From NCBI GenBank assembly GCA_903893135.1, contig CAITLA010000028.1, positions 1 to 41,328 on the forward strand: 41,328 nucleotides of DNA. Direction: 5' to 3'. The notes below the pieces were generated by a model. It was not told the DNA's origin, ran no database searches, and saw only the letters and a list, made by a program, of their open reading frames with translations. This DNA is from an uncultured Syntrophaceae bacterium (lineage in GTDB: Bacteria; Desulfobacterota; Syntrophia; Syntrophales; UBA2185). Below, piece after piece: positions 37,605-41,328 of this stretch. The translations under genes and the position numbers were made by a program. Numbering within the stretch: position 1 is the stretch's first letter; every line of letters starts with the position of its first letter.

Positions 37605-40600
37605 TCAAGCTTCGCGACGAAAACGGCGCAAATATCTCCGCACCACTTTCTGGAATGAATCAAGATAGACATATATGACGGGAGAAATATAGAGGGTCAC
37701 AATCTGCGAGAATATGAGACCTCCGACGACGGCCATTCCCAGTGGTCGCCGCGATTCGGCGCCTGCGCCCAAGCCGAGGGCAATGGGTAATGTTGCCATG
37801 AGAGCAGACATGGTTGTCATCATGATCGGACGGAACCGAATGAGCGCGCCTTGGAATATCGCTTCCTCTGGTGTTTTACCTTCCTTCCTTTCCGCATCCA
37901 AAGCAAAGTCAATCATCATGATCGCATTCTTCTTGACAATCCCTATCAGCATGATGACTCCCACCAGGGCGTACAGATTAAGATCAATGTGGAAGATCAG
38001 CAGCGTCAGAAGCGCGCCGAGGCCCGCGGAGGGCAGTCCCGAAAGTATTGTGATCGGATGGATGTAGCTCTCGTAAAGAATGCCGAGCACAATGTAAATT
38101 ACCAGGATGGCAACGAGGATCAGTATCCCAAGCCCCGCCATGGATGACTTGAAGGCCTGGGCTGTGCCCTGCAAACTGCCAGTTATTGCCGCCGGAAGAA
38201 CTTCCCTTGACGTCTTTTCCACCCCCTCCACGGCATCACCCAGCGACTTCCCGAGTGCCAGATTAAAGGAGACGGTCACAGCCGGAAGCTGACCGAGGTG
38301 ATTAACGGTAAGGGGACCTACGGTTCGCTCCAGATTCGCCACTGTGCCGAGAGGAACGAGGTTGCCGGAAGAGGATCGGATGTAAAGAAGGGAAAGCGCA
38401 GCGGGATCCATCTGGTACTCCGGCTCAAGTTCGATAATGACCCAGTACTGGTTTGTCGGTGCATAGATCGTCGAGATCTGACGGGACGAGTATGCGCTTG
38501 AGAGGGCATCCTCAATCTGACCTGCGCTGATGCCAAGGGCTGAAGCTTTGTCTCTGTTGATCCTGACATAGATCTGTGGGCTCTTTATCTGCAGGTCACT
38601 CGTCACATCCAGAAAGCCCGGCAGTGCCCTCAGTTTTGCCTCCAGGACGGGGGCGTATTTGTAAAGCTCGCTGATGTCCGCGCTCTGGAGGGTATACTGG
38701 TATTGGCTCTTAGTCAGAAGGCCGCCGACATTTATGGGCGGAGGGTTTTGCATGAAGACCCTTATGCCCGGAACCGTGGCAAGCTTAGGTCTGAGTTCCT
38801 GGATCACCTCATCCGCGCTCAGTTCGCGTTCATTCCGCGGTTTCAGGCGGATAAACATACGGCCTATGTTGGATGATACCGTGCTGCCCACGGCACCTAC
38901 GTTTGACATGAAGTCACTGACGTTCGGGTCTTGCTGCACAATCTCGGCAAGCTTCTTTTGGTGTACCATCAGCGATTCAAAGGATATCTCCTCCGCTGCT
39001 TCCGTAAAACAGACTATTCGAGCCGTATCTTCGCTGGGAAGAAATCCCTTGGGCGTATATAAATAGAGTACTATAACAGCCGCTAAGAACAAAATAGAAA
39101 CGATGAGAGTCGTAAGCCTGTAACGCAAGGCCCACTTAAGGCTTATTTCATATGCACCGCGCATGCCCTCGAAGAACCGTTCGAAAATCTGGTAGAGACG
39201 GCCGTGTCTCACCTCGGTAGGAGGACGGAGAAAACGGCTGCACAGCATAGGCGTCAATGTCAGCGATACAAATCCGGAAATGAGAACTGCAACGGCAATA
39301 GTAACTGCGAACTCATGAAGCAATCTTCCGACGATACCCCCCATGAAGAGAACGGGAATGAACACGGCAACGAGAGAGAGGGTCATGGAAAGTATGGTAA
39401 AGCTTATCTCGCTCGATCCCTTGAGGGCAGCTTCCATTATCCCTTCGCCTTGCTCCATGTGTCGGACGATATTCTCCAGCATGACGATGGCGTCGTCGAC
39501 CACAAACCCAACGCACAGTGTGAGGGCCATCAGCGACAGGTTATCGAGGCTATAACCGCAAAGGTACATTACCGCAAAGGTTCCCACGATTGACATCGGC
39601 AGGGCAAGGCTCGGGATGATCGTGGCGGAAAGATTGCGGAGAAAGACAAAGATCACGGTAATGACAAGACCCAGGGCCAGGAACAAGGTAAACTGAACAT
39701 CGTGAACCGAGTCTTTTATAGGCACGGATCGGTCATAGAGGATATCGAGATTCACGGACGCCGGAAGGTCTGCACGAAAGCTTGGAAGAATGTCTTTGAT
39801 AGACTGTACGACCTCGATTGTATTGGTACCCGGCTGCCGGAGTATGGCAAGAACAATGGCCCGGGTGCCATTGAACCAAGCGGCAACCTTGTCGTTCTGA
39901 ACGCTGTCGATGACATGACCAATTTCCCCGAGCCTGACCGGCGACCCGCCGCGATAGGCCACAATGAGAGGCCGGTAAGCCGCCGCATCATTCAGCTGTC
40001 CCGTGGCCTGCACGATGAAGGCCTGGTGGGTTCCCCAGAGTGTACCTGTGGGAAGATTGACATTCCCTGAGGCTATTGCACTTGCCACCTCATCAATACC
40101 GATCCCTTTCGAAGCCAAGGCCTTCGGATCAAGGCGGGCGCGGACAGCATACTTCTGGGACCCATACACCATCACCTCGGCAACACCGCTGATCATGGAA
40201 ATACGTTGCGCGAGGAGATTTTCCGCATATTCATCAACCGTCGAGAGGGGCAAAGTCGCCGTGCTCATGGCAAGATAAAGTACCGGCTGATCAGCCGGGT
40301 TTACTTTACGAAAGGTCGGCGGAGTCGGCATGTTTTGAGGGAGCTGGCTCGCCGCCGTAGATATGGCAGTTTGAACGTCCTGCGCCGCTGCATCAATGCT
40401 CCTGCTCAAATTGAATTGCAGGGTAATCTTGCTGATGCCGAGACCGTTCGTTGATGTCATGGAGTCCAAACCGGCAATCGTGGAGAACTGTTTTTCAAGT
40501 GGTGTCGCGACTGCGGAGGCCATAGTCTCTGGGCTCGCCCCCGGGAGGCTGACAGAAACAAGGATCGTAGGAAAGTCCACATTGGGAAGATCGCTGACAG

Positions 40601-40697
40601 GAAGGGAACGGTAGGCAACTGCACCAAAGAGGAGTATCGCCGTCATGACTAGCGTTGTCATAATCGGACGGCGTATAAAGATCTCTGAAAGATTCAT
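37605..40697 (-). CDS. RND efflux permease (MdtB/MdtC-like)
   Basis: FIRRPIMTTL, GFVVDDAIV, GIVKKNAIMMIDFA, RFRPIMMTT. Confidence 0.95.
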   Translation of the reverse strand: MNLSEIFIRRPIMTTLVMTAILLFGAVAYRSLPVSDLPNVDFPTILVSVSLPGASPETMASAVATPLEKQFSTIAGLDSMTSTNGLGISKITLQFNLSRSIDAAAQDVQTAISTAASQLPQNMPTPPTFRKVNPADQPVLYLAMSTATLPLSTVDEYAENLLAQRISMISGVAEVMVYGSQKYAVRARLDPKALASKGIGIDEVASAIASGNVNLPTGTLWGTHQAFIVQATGQLNDAAAYRPLIVAYRGGSPVRLGEIGHVIDSVQNDKVAAWFNGTRAIVLAILRQPGTNTIEVVQSIKDILPSFRADLPASVNLDILYDRSVPIKDSVHDVQFTLFLALGLVITVIFVFLRNLSATIIPSLALPMSIVGTFAVMYLCGYSLDNLSLMALTLCVGFVVDDAIVMLENIVRHMEQGEGIMEAALKGSSEISFTILSMTLSLVAVFIPVLFMGGIVGRLLHEFAVTIAVAVLISGFVSLTLTPMLCSRFLRPPTEVRHGRLYQIFERFFEGMRGAYEISLKWALRYRLTTLIVSILFLAAVIVLYLYTPKGFLPSEDTARIVCFTEAAEEISFESLMVHQKKLAEIVQQDPNVSDFMSNVGAVGSTVSSNIGRMFIRLKPRNERELSADEVIQELRPKLATVPGIRVFMQNPPPINVGGLLTKSQYQYTLQSADISELYKYAPVLEAKLRALPGFLDVTSDLQIKSPQIYVRINRDKASALGISAGQIEDALSSAYSSRQISTIYAPTNQYWVIIELEPEYQMDPAALSLLYIRSSSGNLVPLGTVANLERTVGPLTVNHLGQLPAVTVSFNLALGKSLGDAVEGVEKTSREVLPAAITGSLQGTAQAFKSSMAGLGILILVAILVIYIVLGILYESYIHPITILSGLPSAGLGALLTLLIFHIDLNLYALVGVIMLIGIVKKNAIMMIDFALDAERKEGKTPEEAIFQGALIRFRPIMMTTMSALMATLPIALGLGAGAESRRPLGMAVVGGLIFSQIVTLYISPVIYVYLDSFQKVVRRYLRRFRREA

Positions 40698-40720
40698 GTG
40701 GGCCCTTCCGTGTATTTAAA

Positions 40721-41328
40721 TCAAGGCGCTTCTTTAATCGTCACTTGGGCCCCCGGTATGATCTGCAACTGACCATCCGTAACCACGCGCTCTCCCGCCT
40801 GTATCCCTTTCACTATGGCAGTTTCTCCGCCGATGGTGGCTCCTATAGTAACGGGTCTCATATCCGCTGTGAGATCTGGCTTGACGACAAAGACGTATTG
40901 ACCTGATTGACCTGTCTGAATGGCTTGTGAAGGAACGATTATTGCGTTGGGCTCCTTTCTCAGCGTCAGAACTACAGTAACAAACTGACCGGGCCAAAGG
41001 CGTTTATCGCTGTTGGCAAAAGTTCCCTTGAGGACGATAGTCCCCGTTACTTTATTTACCGCATTGTCTATGAACGTAAGCAACCCTTGCTCGGGACGTT
41101 CATCTTTGGAGATAAAGGCTTCCACTTTGAGTTTTTCGTTCGTCTGGTACTTCTTCACTGCGGGCAAATCATTTTCGTTGATGGTGAAAGTGACATAGAT
41201 AGGCTGTATCTGGTTTATGACAACTACTTCCACGTCATTGGCCTTGACGATGTTTCCCTGATGCAGTTTCAGTGATCCCGTCCGCCCGCCAATAGGGGAA
41301 CGAATGGAGCAGTAGTGAACCTGGACGC
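40721..41328 (-). CDS. RND periplasmic adaptor (MdtA-like), 5' end outside the window
   Basis: Frame is open to the edge: IRSPIGGRTG...GNIV, IDNAV..TGTI, LWPGQFV, VVTDGQ. Confidence 0.92.
   Translation of the reverse strand, partial: VQVHYCSIRSPIGGRTGSLKLHQGNIVKANDVEVVVINQIQPIYVTFTINENDLPAVKKYQTNEKLKVEAFISKDERPEQGLLTFIDNAVNKVTGTIVLKGTFANSDKRLWPGQFVTVVLTLRKEPNAIIVPSQAIQTGQSGQYVFVVKPDLTADMRPVTIGATIGGETAIVKGIQAGERVVTDGQLQIIPGAQVTIKEAP

Noticed and set aside
37427-37672. 81-aa ORF overlapping the RND gene end
   Set aside because: Atypical composition, overlap and no motif.

Overview
Mostly core chromosome of a probable deltaproteobacterium (Desulfobacterota/Syntrophales-like, inferred from gene order and protein style only). 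It carries an amidase operon, metF, tRNA-Arg(CCG), rpsF-rpsR-DUF2232-rplI-dnaB, rpoH divergent from clpB-htpX, DUF1844-ispE-tRNA-Gln-prs-rplY-pth-ychF, and a GerMN-fusA-K+ channel-cNMP-GAF/sigma54 activator cluster. It also carries HD, LysM, ThiI-like and DUF4301 genes, a CHASE2 kinase-PP2C-FHA module and an RND pump. There are two accessory spots: a probable IS end at the left edge and a ~2.3 kb islet just after tRNA-Arg. The islet has att-like signals, a phage-type HNH nuclease and a stand-alone SIR2-like gene. The best observation is that the HNH gene is tightly bracketed by 8-bp inverted repeats and an 8-bp direct repeat, and removing this unit rejoins a 58-codon opposite-strand ORF in frame, suggesting a minimal transposase-less mobile nuclease cassette. 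All family calls come from motif recognition by eye; no searches were run.
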